A DNA stretch of 64,000 nucleotides, taken from contig CM082580.2 of the NCBI GenBank assembly GCA_040954595.2, positions 2,966,783 to 3,030,782 of the forward strand. Direction: 5' to 3'. Below the pieces are notes generated by a model that worked only from the letters and a program-made list of their open reading frames with translations, was not told the origin of the DNA and did not search any database. The translations under genes and the position numbers were made by a program. Below, in pieces: positions 39,011 to 51,668 of this stretch. This stretch comes from Balanoglossus misakiensis. Lineage: Eukaryota; Animalia; Hemichordata. Each line of letters opens with the position of its first letter. Within the stretch, counting starts at the first letter, position 1.

Positions 39011-40592
39011 ATGGCGAACCTAAATGACGCATCCGCGTTTTTTCTTGTTGTTTATATACTTTTATGTACAGTCGGGCGATGCCAAGTACATCTGGTAAGT
39101 CAGTGAGAGTATGCGTACGCAGGCCCCCTGGTGGTAGGGCGCACATTGCAACGCGCCCGACTGTGAATGAAAGGTGCCTGTGCTACCTGTGCTTTGGTCA
39201 CCAACAGTCGTTTGTTGCTTCTTGGGTGGTCAGTTTTGGACGATAGTTTGCTTCACACACCTTTTATGTTTTCTGGTCGTGTCACTCACGCGAGCATCAT
39301 GTAGTACGTGTCGTTCTGTCACCTTTTCTTTGTCATCGTGTCAAAGATAACACTGATGATATTACTTGTGACGTCAGAATCGCACGTACGGTATACCATC
39401 GAGCGAAATATTGCTATCAGATTAGCATATATTGACGGCAACAAAGCCAGTAAAATTCACTAATTTTCTTCTGTTCTGCATGAATTTCTCTTTTTGTGCT
39501 TGCAGCAAAATAATAACAGTGCTGGAGGTAATGAAAGACCACCTTATAACGAGTATGCAGCAAGAGCAAGGTACATGGTTCACAAGGTAAAATACAGTCA
39601 ATCATTTTTTGTCTTCTTTGATCTACAAAATGCCAACTTAAAAAAATATGCGAACTGCCGTCAAATTTGACATTTAACATCACAAATGTGTTGTGTGAAA
39701 TACCACTGAACAGTGCATGGTCGTTTTGTAGAAATGAAAGTAATTTTTATTGGAAATAATTTTTTTTCCTTTGTGTTTTAGGCAAACTGGGCGATGCTAA
39801 ACACCATATCTGCACAACCTGGCATGGAAGGGTATGCATTTGGAAATGTTATGTCCATAAGTGATGGACTGCCGGATAACAGTACAGGGATCCCATACAT
39901 TTACTTGAGTCCTCTAGATGTTTCTTATCAAGATCTCCAAGTCCAAAACAAAGTGACTCTGGCATTCAGTGAAGCTGAATTTCCTGACGTTGATGACTGC
40001 AAAATCAGTCCAGTGGCAGACCCTGAGAGTCCATTGTGTACAAGATTGGTATTACTAGGTATGTATATCACAACAACTTCTTTGTGATTTTTCTTGTCCA
40101 AAGCTATAATAACTTTGTCATGCCATTCAAAGTGCCTGTGTGTTCTGATGTACATTTGCATGTCAATTTGTATTGCAATATGATCCAATGTGACTGCTAG
40201 GTGGCCATTTTTGCAATATTTATGTCTGGTGCTATTACTTGGACACACCTGATAATGTACAATGGTTGAAAAAACAAACAAACAAACCAGAAATTGAATT
40301 TTCAGGTACATTACATGCAAAACTCACTCTTAGAAATCTCATTCTTACCCAAGCTAATACTAGTGTTTGTCTTGTTTTCCAACTGGTAGGTTCCATGGCA
40401 CACATTACTGATGCAAGTGAGCTGGAGTTTGCCAAGAAAGTTTTGTTTACACGACACCCAGTCATGCCCAGTTGGCCATCTTCACATCAATTTACATACA
40501 TGAAACTGATGATTCAGGATATATGGATGATCGATTACTTTGGCGGTGGAATACATGTTAGTGTTGACAAGTATTTTAATGCTAAGATCTAG
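39011..40592 (+). CDS. CREG1: CREG-family secreted/lysosomal glycoprotein, copy 1 (214 aa)
   Basis: Exons 39011-39094 (hydrophobic signal-peptide-like), 39506-39586, 39782-40058, 40390-40592. RPPYNEYAARARYMVHKANWAMLNTIS, FGNVMSISDG, STGIPYIYLSP, DPESPLCTRL, LFTRHPVMPSWPSSHQF, IWMIDYFGG are split-barrel CREG signatures. Confidence 0.9.
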
Positions 40593-41311
40593 CTGATTGA
40601 GAAAAAGGAGAATAATAAAATGTAATCAGTAATAGAAGCTGTACTTTATAAGCTCTTGAATGAAGTAACTAAAGGCACCACAGAATCTCTTCCAATGTTA
40701 AGCAATGAAGGGTGGTCTGCACTGCACATGTGCAACGTTTCTGTATACACATGCAATTGTTCCCACTGTTCAGGTAGACCCTGACAACCAATACATGTTG
40801 TATCAACGTAACCTGGAAATGTGATAAAAATTAACAACCTATTGATTCATGTGATTGCCATGATTTACTGTGTAATACAAAGTAACAAGTCATCGTCGAT
40901 GACGTAGTTCACGCTGATTTTGTAATAAATGTGCAATTTTTTGTCAGTGGGGAATTAGTGTCAGTGATTTGATGATGGGTTAAGCAATTGAGGCAAGGGG
41001 AAGTTTTGGTGGTCATGTGAAGTATGGGAGGAACATGTTAGCACTAATTGTCTTGATGTCTATGTTTTTGTAATCACAGACGAAATACATGTTCATTGGT
41101 GGTGGTGTTAGATGCAGGGTTGTTTTGGTAGCAGTGGCTGTATACTCTATTTGGGTACAATTCACTCCATATCACTCGCCTAATGGCTCGTGCTTTTTGT
41201 CCGGTATTGTACGCAAATCATGCTAACGTTCGCCATTCTGTTTGGACAATCCAGTGATGGTAAATTACTGTTTTACCACGGCTAGCATGCAGCAGGGAAA
41301 ATGTGGGATTA

Positions 41312-41623
41312 ATAGAATCTCACACTCCCAAGGACCTGGGGTCGAGCCGCAACACATTAAAATATAAAGATTGTTTCCTGTGGCATAAATTCGCGCGATA
41401 TCTAGAAAATACAACCGTTTTTTATGCGGGTCTGTCGCCAACCACGTACACCACTGTCGTCTGCACGTGACCTGATCACATTGTAGTTCCGGTTCGTGTA
41501 CAACACATCACACAATTGGATAATATTTGCTTGTTCTGAGGGGTATGAATATCATTATCCAATCAGAGCTCGTGTCAGAAAACAGTTGTCTGTGTGCGCA
41601 TTAACACAGAGTGTGGGATCAAT
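41312..41623. mobile_element. Unclassified TIR element, also at about 55991-56302; fragments at about 2935-2997 and 4615-4683
   Basis: ATAGAATCTCACACTC...GAGTGTGGGATCAAT termini. Absent from the homologous region at about 38370. CCAGGTCCTTGGGAGTGTGAGATTCTAT recurs at 4656-4683. Confidence 0.55.
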
Positions 41624-41795
41624 TTGACGAAATCTAAGAACATAGCAAATTTGCAATTCTCAAATGTCATATAGCAACATTGTGGTAGGCCTAATGTTTT
41701 TCCCTTTTTTATTTGATCAGCAAGTACATAGCCCCGTCATTTCTTTCTTTGTCTCAGGGTGAGGTAAATGTCAGGGGTGAGTTTCTTTCCTCTTA

Positions 41796-44177
41796 GGGAC
41801 CGTTCAGTTTTTACCGCCGGGGGGGGGGGGCTGCATCTTCTATATACTAAAAGTATTATAAATGATGTCATGACGAAGATAACGCCAAATCTTCTAACTT
41901 TGAGTGGAGTGGCAAAAAGTAAAATTGGTCCTCCCAAACGTTGAGATAATTTGCTTTTGAGTTCATTAAAATGCAACTTTGCGCTACATATTTTACAAAA
42001 TTTTCTTGTGTGGGAGGGGAACACCCCCTCCCACACCCACCCCCTCCATTCTTCGCCACATTTCATTTATTTGCTGGTTTGTCTAGTGTACCAGGGCAGA
42101 CTTCTTGCCACCCCACCCCCCCCACCCCCATGCTTACTTTGAGTGGAGTGGCAAAATTAACATTTGTCCTCCCTAACATTGAGTTAAGGTTGAGATGCAC
42201 CTTTTATGACACTTGTTTTTAATCGATTTTTTCTCCTTATTTTTCATGTTTCCCACCAACACATTATATATTTTCTGTTAGCTCTATACTTGAAGTTTAT
42301 GAAAATCTGGTTTATTTTCCAAAATTTCTGGTCTCTTTCTCGTTTTGCTAAAAAATACACAATTTTAAGTTTTTTTACTCAAAGGAGTTGCAATAAAAAA
42401 AGACAATGCCTCCAGGTGATCTGTCACCGGCAATCGACAGCTTGGTATAGTGGTAAAAATACCCTATCATGGAATTTTGATATTCACTTTTGTTTTCGAA
42501 CAATGAGCCTTTAAAGTGTCAACTGTCGATTTTTGCATAAATTATCGACTTTTGTTCACTTGTGTGGTGATTTCTTTTGTTCTATCAACTTTATTGGAAA
42601 TCCGCTCCAGGAGTTTGGAGACAGGTATTGTTCCCTTCCTCAGGCCAAAAATCAGAACAATCTGTGCACGCGTTGCTAAGTTACACTCTTTTGATGTTGC
42701 ACTCCAGAGCCCAAAACTGAACAGAGAAAATCGACAATTTGAGTGAACGGCACTTTCAGTTGGAAAAAAACGATCATATATAGTACTTACTCACTGCTTT
42801 GTTATGTTTTAATGAAGTAGCATAATACTAGAGACTTTAGACCAAGTCATTTTCATCTAGAACGTTTTGCAAGTTCATAAATTAGTGGAAAATCGTGGAA
42901 AAAACGACATCATTACGGACAGAGTACAATAATGAGGTTGGTTTGTTTATTCAGCAAACAAGGGACTGTTAATCCCTGCCACTGATAACTTCTCCAAACG
43001 ACACTAAAGCCTGTTAAGTATACACTTCTGAAAACCCGTTTTAATCTTATTTTCTCACTCCTACCATAACATGTAATTAGTAATTGTACATTTGCGGGCG
43101 TTTCATTGCTCTGTGTCCGGTAAATTAGTCTATGCCACGGAACATGACGATCGAGCCCTGATGGAAGCCATACTTTACCATCATTCTGGAAGTCGCTAGA
43201 CAAAGCACGCCTGTCAAACTTCCTGTTTCAAAACTGAAAATTTATGCATCGGCAACGCTTGACACATCCACCTATTTCATGCAATGGATTAGTTGTTCAG
43301 TTTATCGAGGGTTGTGACATTGTAAGCTGCACCAGCTACAGCTTTCTTGACAAGATGAGACAAACAACACTAGTCACAACTAAACGTTCTGTCATGGAGC
43401 ATTTCCAGAAAGTTCATAAATTAGTGGAAAATCGTGGAAAAACATGTAATTAGTAATTGTACATTTGCGGGTGTTTCATTGCCCGGTCAATAAGTCTGTG
43501 CCATGGAGCATGATGGAAGCCATAGTTGACCATCATGCTGGAAGTCACTAGACGAAGCACGCCTGTCAAACTTCCTGTTAACTAGCCTAACTTTCGAAAA
43601 GTCGGATTTGCATATCTGGGCTCCTGTGAATTGGTCAGCAAACTCAAACACTAATCTGGTAACAGTTAATCCGGAATGTTTATAACTGTACACACAATTT
43701 TTAAAATATATTACTTTTGATAAATTTACACATGTTTACGAATGTGACCCGGTAAAACTGTTTTAATAAAAAAATAATGCAAGTTCTATTGGTTTGAAAT
43801 ATTGAAAAAAGTAAAAATCATCAAAAAATGCAAAAAAACCTACATCTCTACCTCAAATTTGCTTTTGAGTTATTTTCATTTGTTCATAATTTTTTTTATT
43901 GCAATGATATACTTTTATATACTTGAATTACTAAGAAATTTATAATTGAGGTGTGAGGAGCCTCATTCCCTTTATTGCATACAGTGAACATGGGATCAGG
44001 ACGGCGAATGTTTTTGGCGTGGGGGGGGGGGGTCATTATATTTTTGGGTCTGTCAAAGGGGGGGGGGTCATCATTTTTTGCTCCTGGGTGAAGGGGGGGG
44101 GGGTCGGCCTGATTTTGAAAACCGATGACACAAACTTGCCAATCCCCCCTCCCCGGCCGTAAAAACTGAACGGTCCC
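41796..44177. mobile_element. PIF/Harbinger-like MITE (TTA TSD) containing a nested 1.67-kb element
   Basis: TTA-GGGACCGTTCAGTTTTTAC...GTAAAAACTGAACGGTCCC-TTA. Truncated duplicates end at about 51362 and 57449. Confidence 0.75.
42188..43852. mobile_element. 1.67-kb non-autonomous element with TTAA/TCAA TSD (Kolobok-like)
   Basis: GGTTGAGATGCA...TACATCTCTACC termini. Empty site GAGTTAAATTTGCTTTTG at about 57002. Internal partial direct repeat (about 42870-43230 versus 43410-43580). Confidence 0.75.
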
Positions 44178-44480
44178 TTAGCTGCCACAGCCAATAGCAG
44201 TGATGCATCTATTTTTACATAAGCTATAGTTTATTTTCACTCTGTATACAGAGTTCTCTTGGTTTGCTTTTCCCATAGCCCCGTCATTTCTTTCTTTGTC
44301 ATAGTTTTTTTTATGGTTTACTGTGAGTAATGAATATGTTTATTTTTTCACCAGACATTGTAATAGTTTTACGTGTTAAAAATTAATTAAAGACTGTTTA
44401 AAACATGTGGATTAGACCGCCCTCTGCGGTATCTTCGTGGGTTTGTTACGTAACTTGTTACGTAATCATTTTGCGCGATC

Positions 44481-47400
44481 ATGGCGAACCTAAATGACGC
44501 ATCTGCGTTTTTTCTTGTTGTTTACATACTTTTGTGTGCACTCGGGCGATGCCAAGTACATATGGTAAGTCAGTGAGAGTTCGTGCGGCCGCGCCATGAC
44601 TATGACTGAAGGCAATGGAAGGTGCCTGTGCTGTGGTCACGAACAGGCGCTTGTTGCTTTGTGGGTGGTCAGTTTTGGACAATGGCTTGCTTCACACACC
44701 CTGCACCTTTTATGATTTCTGGTTGTGTCACTCAAGCGAGTATCATGTAGTATCGTTCTGTCACATTTTCTTTGTCATCGTGCCAAGGGACCGTTCAGTT
44801 TTTACGGCGGGGTCACTTTAAACGTTTTTTTTTTTTTTGGGGGGGGGGGGGGTCACGTACTTTTGCCACCGAACTTTTGCTTTTGAGTCCCTAAAATTGC
44901 AGTTTCGCGCCCTTTATTTTACAAAATTTTCTAATATGGGAGTGGCAAAATTAAATTGGTCCTCCCAAACATTGAGATATTTTTTATTTTACAAACCCTT
45001 CATTCTTCGCCATACCTAGTGTACCAGGGCAGAGTACTTGCCACCTTACCCTCACTGATGCTAACTTTGAGTGGCAAAAGTAAAATTTGTCCTCCCCAAC
45101 ATTGAGTTAATTTGCTTTTGAGTTCATTAAAATGCAATTTTGCACACCCTCCACTTTTCTTGTTTTACCAATTCTACCAACTATAGTATTTGACGTGTCA
45201 TTTTAATTTATTCATAGATTTCTTTATTGCAACAATATACTACACTTGTGAGGAGCCCCTTTCCCTTTATTGCATACAGTATACATAAGATTAGGATGGC
45301 GAATGTTCTCGGGGTGGGTGGGTGGGGGTCATCAGTTTTTGGTCCTGGGTGAAAGGGGGGGGGGGTCGACCTGATTTTGAAAACTGATGACACTAACTTG
45401 CTCCCTCCCCAGCCGTAAAAACTGAATGGTCCCCAAAGATAACACTGATGATATTACTTGTGAGGTCAGAATTGCATGTATACCATCGAGCTATCAGATT
45501 AGCATATTGACGGCAACAAAGCCAGTAAAATTCACTAATTATCTTCTGTTCTGCATGAATTTCTCTTTTTGTACTTGCAGCAAAATAATAACAGTGCTGG
45601 AGGTAATGAAAGACCACCTTATAACGAGTATGCAGCAAGAGCAAGGTACATGGTTCACAAGGTAAAATACAGTCAATCATTTTTTGTTTTCTTAAAGGCA
45701 CGTAAGCTGCAACTGGATAAAAAATCAATGTTTTAAATAATCTCATATATGCTTTTAATTATATCTATTAAATGCTTTTTCATGATAATATATGAAGCTC
45801 AACACTTATTTATGACAAAATGGCCAAAAATTAAAGAAAAACGAAAATTCCTGAAATTTTTAAAAAAGTGCAATATTGCAATGAAAAATGAAAATCTGAT
45901 GTCTCAGTGGTGTACATTTACTTCCATGAGCTCAAGTGGATGAGATCATGTTTTGTTTATGAAGTTTCACAACCGGAAATGCGACATTTTCATTGTTTCT
46001 TTCATTTTCCCACGGTGGCGGCCATAATCGCTTGCGGAAAAGCTTTATTATTTATCTGGTTAAAACTTGCATATGCACTCATATTTAGGGTTTATAATGC
46101 TTGTGTATAGTTCACTGCCTTCATCTGCATGGACTAATGGTAGTGCAGTGTGAAACAAAAATTAGGAAAATCATCCCAAAAGTTACAGCTTACGTGCCTT
46201 TAATTGTGGCTGCCTTAAATAGGTTTTCACTTTGCGCTAGGGGGTTAAATCCCATTGCATTCTGGTCGAAAAGTCGACAACCCACTGTAGTAAGAGATAG
46301 AAGAAATGATATGTTTACTGTATTTCATGTCTTCCTTGGGTCAAGCATGTCTGTCTTTGTAGTTACCATATTAAACTCATTAAACTTTTTTCACATTTTG
46401 TTATTTTTTCTGTTAAAAAGTTTCAGAATGACCCATCATCACTTTATCGGCCATCTTGAAATTGTGTCGACCATGTGAGATTTTTATCACCCACCTAGGT
46501 AGCCAAAAACCTATTTAAGGTCGGGAGAATTGATCTACAAAAAGCCAACTTAAGGATGTACGCGCAGAACATAAACCGGAAACACTGCGCGCCCGGTCTT
46601 TTTCCCATAGGATTACATTGATAATCGCTAGAAAACAAACTTCTACTATTGTCATTTTCACGAAATTTCACACAAAGCTCAGTCCAGTAAATATAAAGTC
46701 ATTGGTCAAATAAAATATAGGGGTCTATTTTAGATAAATTGCGTTAAAAATTTTGCCCATAGACAAACCATTGGTGAAAAATGCTGAGTCAGCAGATTTC
46801 TTGTATTATCGACCAAATTCATAGCTCTATATTTCAAAAACAAGCGCGGTGACCCATATATTTTATTACAGATTTTCATCATACATACAAAGGGGAATCC
46901 AAAAATCCACAATTGAAAAAAATGACAATACTTTCAATTTTACTGAACGTACATCCTTAAAAAAAATATGCTAAATGCAGTCAAATTTGACATTTAACAT
47001 CACAAATGTGTTGTGTCAAATACCACTGAACAGTGCATGGTCGTTTTGTAGAAATGAAAGTAATTTTTATTGGAAGTAATTTTTTTTCCTTTGTGTTTTA
47101 GGCAAACTGGGCGATGCTAAACACCATATCTGCACAACCTGGCATGGAAGGGTATGCATTTGGAAATGTTATGTCCATAAGTGATGGACTGCCGGATAAC
47201 AGTACAGGGATCCCATATATTTATTTGAGTCCACGTGAGGTTTCTTATCAAGATCTCCAAGTCCAAAACAAAGTGACTCTGGCATTCAGTGAAGCTGAAT
47301 TTCCTGACGTTGATGACTGCAAAATCAGTTCAGTGTCAGACCCTGAGAGTCCATTGTGTACAAGATTGGTATTACTAGGTATGTATATCACAACAACTTC

Positions 47401-47906
47401 TTTGTGATTTTTCTTGTCCAAAGCTATAATAACTTAATCATGCCAAAGTGCCTGTGTGTTCTGATGTACATTTGCATGTCAATTTGTATTGCAATATGAT
47501 CCAATGTGACTGCTAGGTGGCCATTTTTGCAATATTTTACGTCTTGTGCCATTACTTGGACACACCTGATAATGTACAATGGTTGAAAACGAAAAACAGA
47601 AATTGAATTTTCAGGTCCATTACATTACATGCAAAACTCACTCTCAGAAATCTGATTCTTACCCAAGCTAATACCAGTGTTTGTCTTGTTTTCCAACTGG
47701 TAGGTTCCATGGCACACGTTACTGATGCAAGTGAGCTGGAGTTTGCCAAGAAAGTTTTGTTTACACGACACCCAGTCATGCCCAGTTGGCCATCTTCACA
47801 TCAATTTACATACATGAAACTGATGATTCAGGATATATGGATGATCGATTACTTTGGCGGTGGAATACATGTCAGTGTTGACAAGTATTTTAATGCTAAG
47901 ATCTAG
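44481..47906 (+). CDS. CREG1: CREG-family protein, copy 2 (intact ORF)
   Basis: Exons 44481-44564, 45581-45661, 47102-47378, 47704-47906. Same exon sizes as copy 1, no stops; introns enlarged by MITEs. Confidence 0.88.
44787..45433. mobile_element. PIF/Harbinger-like MITE in CREG intron 1 (copies 2-4; also 52049-52690 and 58058-58689)
   Basis: CAA-GGGACCGTTCAGTTTTTACG...CGTAAAAACTGAATGGTCCC-CAA. Empty site TCATCGTGTCAAAGATAAC in copy 1 at about 39333-39351. Confidence 0.82.
45696..46199. mobile_element. TTAA-TSD MITE private to CREG copy 2
   Basis: TTAA-AGGCACGTAAGCTG(C/T)AACT...AGTTACAGCTTACGTGCCT-TTAA. Empty site TTTTCTTAATTGTGG in copies 3 and 4. Confidence 0.88.
46554..46956. mobile_element. 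TTAA-TSD MITE shared by CREG copies 2-4 (also 53917-54329 and 59322-59734)
   Basis: TTAA-GGATGTACG...CGTACATCC-TTAA. Empty site GCCAACTTAAAAAAATATGC in copy 1. Confidence 0.82.
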
Positions 47907-48644
47907 CTGATTGAGAAAAAGGAGAATAATAAAATGTAATCAGTAATAGAAGCTGTACTTTATAAGCTCTAGAATGAAGTAACTAAAGGCACCACAGAAT
48001 CTCTTCCAATGTTAAGCAATGAAGGGTGGTCTGCACTGCACATGTGCAACGTTTCTGTATACACATGCAATTGTTCCCACTGTTCAGGTAGACCCTGTCA
48101 ACCAATACACGTTGTATCAACGTAACCTGGAAATGTGATAAAAATTGCCATGATCTACTGTGTAATACAAAGTAACTAGTCATCATCGATGACGTGGTTC
48201 ACGCTGATTTTGTAGTGTTGTTTTTTGTGTTGCTTTGTTTTCTGATTTATGCAGTTTTGTAATAAATATGCAAGTTTTTTTCAGTTGGGAATTTGTGTCA
48301 GTGATTTGATGGTGGGTTTAAAGCAATTGAGGCAGGGGGAAGTTTTGGTGGTCATGTGAAGTATGGGAGGAACATGTTATCACTCATTGTCTTGATGTCT
48401 ATGTTTTGTCATCACAGACGAAATACATGTTCATTGGTGGTGGTGTTAGATGCAGGGTTGTTTTGGTAGCAGTGGCTGTATACTCTATTTGGGTACAATT
48501 TACTCCGTATCACTCACCTAATGGCTCGTGCTTTTTGTCCGGTATTGTACGCAAATCTCATGTATACCCGCCCGCGGCGGGGGTTATTAAATATTAGAGC
48601 GGCCACTTTTTGCATTATTTTCATTATTTAATTTTCCAACTTAA

Positions 48645-49220
48645 AGGTCTCATGCCATGCCCTATACAACCACGCGTAAAATCACTATTTGGGTCTTGAA
48701 GTTAACGTATGTTACTATCTTGCAATGCGTTTTGCCCCTTGTGCTTAGATAACAAGCAAGTAAAAGTGGCGGGTGGGCGTGTACCCCTAACCCAACTCAG
48801 TCGATTTTTTTCGGCTTTTCGAAGTTAAGCTGAAGACTTATCTTGATGTTGACAAATAGTCTTTCACACCTTTATAAATCCTCTGCCTGCAATGTGAGGC
48901 AAGGGCTTCCTTTGCTTTTAACACTGTTTATATAGCTTGTCTTTGTCTGTGGACTTAATTACTCATGGACCGATAATTACACTTTACTGTAAACAGAATG
49001 GTACACTATGACGTAGTGTACTTGTTTGTCCATATGCAAATACCTTCGCCTGGCTCGAGTGTGAAGTGGCTCCCCGATCACAGGCATGAAAAAAGGGGAC
49101 AAATTCTGGCATTCGCGCACATTTTTCGGAACCGACACAGTAGGCAATGCATAGACAGGTACCCTAGGTGAGCTTTTGACGTGGAAAAATGAAAACTTTC
49201 CAAAGCATGACATGAGACCT
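48645..49220. mobile_element. TTAA-TSD MITE private to the copy-2 3' flank
   Basis: TTAA-AGGTCTCATGCCATGC...GCATGACATGAGACCT-TTAA. Empty site CCAACTTAAGATGATCC at about 61825-61841. Confidence 0.88.
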
Positions 49221-50555
49221 TTAAGATGATCCATCTAAATCAGCTTACTGATAGGTATACATGAACACCTTATCGATGCCCGATTGTGACTGCATGTTGC
49301 AATTTGAACACGCTATGTTTTAAACCGGTGCTGCACCGATTTAATCAGCCTCCGTACAAACAGTACGTAGCTATAGTGGTATGCGTTGCCAAGAGATGAC
49401 AAACTGATGCAAATGCAAGTACATGTAATATGGCTTAGTGGAGAGGATTTTAGAGGATAAGGAATATATGTGAATTGTTTTACTATGGAAAAAATATGTC
49501 AAATTTGGCAGCTATAGGGGCTTAAGCAACATCTGATGCAAAGGATGAACTGCATACATGTATTTTGTACGACAATGAAAGCTTTGAGTCGTACCCTTTC
49601 ACCTCCATTTCCAAGAAAAGCGGTAAAGGTGTTTAGTGTCACACTGCCAGCTTGTTTCTTCCAACCTTTCACAAACAGCAAATCACAACACAATAAACTG
49701 TTTAAAACTTTATTGATGAATGACCTGTGGATACAAGCAACTACAAGCTAAAAGATAAAAATCATTGATTGCTACAACATGATTTGGAAATACAGCAAAC
49801 TGTCCATGTGGACGCCTTGTCAGTACAAAGTATTCGTTTGACAGTTGGACAGTGCATACTCGTGACTTCATTCATATTAACCAATCGAATTTCCTTAAAA
49901 GTACCTCTTCAAACAGATTGAAAATTCTGCACAAATTTCATGGGGAAATGAAATTTGCATGATGGATAAAGGAACAATTTACCACAAAACTGACATCGGA
50001 GTAGAAGAATGATGAAAATATGGGCGGTAAGTAGAAACTTGCACACAGCAAAAGGAATGATTTTGTGACGATGCAGAGTCATGATGAAAAATAGAACTTT
50101 TCTTGTATAACACTGAAATCAAATTTCTTTTACTCTCAACGTAATACAACTTTAGTTCGTCTCCCATTATAGCACGAGTTTACAAGGAAAGCTTAGACTT
50201 ACAACAGCCACAGCGAATAGAAAAGTGAGCCAGGCTTTGTGCCTGACTAGGCTGCCGAAAAACAAAACATGGAAGTACCGTTAAATGTGAACAGATTTAC
50301 TTAGAACTAAGACTGCAGTCAAACTGGAATTGACTTCTACAGATGATTTGATAATCTGTTGACATCCTCCCTATAAAAGATATCAGAGTATGCAAAGCAG
50401 GAACTACTGAATCTTTTATCACTGATCAAAAAGAAAAAAACAAGAAAATACACGTAACAGTCACTATGCTTTCCGTAAACATCACACTGTGATAAAGTAC
50501 AATGTTTATAAATGTTGAAAAAGTTTTTTTTGAAATGATCATCTTTGGATGGCAG

Positions 50556-50714
50556 CTACAAAAAATAATCTAATTCATTCCGTACATATGTATTCTTCTC
50601 TTCATTTGACACTCTGCAGTAACCAGCAACCAATGCATCCTGCGCTCCTATGTAAAGTGTGTTATAAATCTTCCAATAAACATCTCGCACTTTTCTGGCT
50701 GGGTGGAATAAGCC
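50556..50714 (-). pseudogene. SF3B1: Duplicated orphan copy of the SF3B1 terminal coding exon (acceptor, ORF and stop intact)
   Basis: 159 nt matching 63294-63452, with one synonymous difference seen. Lies in a segment (about 48556-51020) duplicating about 61746-63765. The penultimate exon is absent. Confidence 0.88.
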
Positions 50715-51668
50715 CTGAAATCAGAAACCAAACATGACGCATCATTCAAAACTGTTAACAACAAAACGTGGACTAAAAGTGTTCACTTGAGCACAGAAAT
50801 ATAACTATGGACAAACATGCACGGTGATTTTAAAATAAATGTTACAACAGAAGTCTTCTACAGATTTTTCAGTCGCAAAGGCACTTCACTATTTATATGA
50901 ACTACAAGTGAGATGTAAATGGTTCAAACCCGAAAAATTACACACCGGTTCCTAGCAAAAATACATGGAAAATAAGATCAAAGGTTACGACATACAGTCA
51001 TGTACTTTTGAAAGCAACCGTTTTACCAATTCTAGCAACTATTGTATTGACTTGTTATTTTCATTTGTTCATAATTTTTTTTATTGCAATGATAAACTTT
51101 TATATACTTCAATTACTTTAAGAAATTTATAATTGAGGTGTGAGGAGCCTCATTCCCTTTATTGCATACAGTGAACATGGGATCAGGACGGCGAATGTTT
51201 TTGGCGTGGGGGGGGGGTCATTATATATTTGGGTCTGTCAAAGGGGGGGGGGTCATCATTTTTTGCTCCTGGGTGAAGGGGGGGGGGTCGGCCTGATTTT
51301 GAAAACCGATGACACAAACTTGCCAAACCCCCCTCCCCCCGGCCGTAAAAATGAACGGTCCCATAGCTGCCACAGCCAATAGCAGTGATGCATCTATTTT
51401 TACATAAGCTATAGTTTATTTTCACTCTGTATACAGAGTTCTCTTGGTTTGCTTTTCCCATAGCCCCGTCATTTCTTTCTTTGTCATAGTTTTTTTTATG
51501 GTTTACTGTGAGTAATGAATATGTTTATTTTTTCACCAGACATTGTATTATAGTTTTACGTGTTAAAAATTAAAGACTGTTTAAAACATGTGGATTAGAC
51601 CATAGACCCTAGACCGCCCTCTCCGTGGGTTTGTTACGTAACTTGTTACGTAATCATTTTGCGCGATC

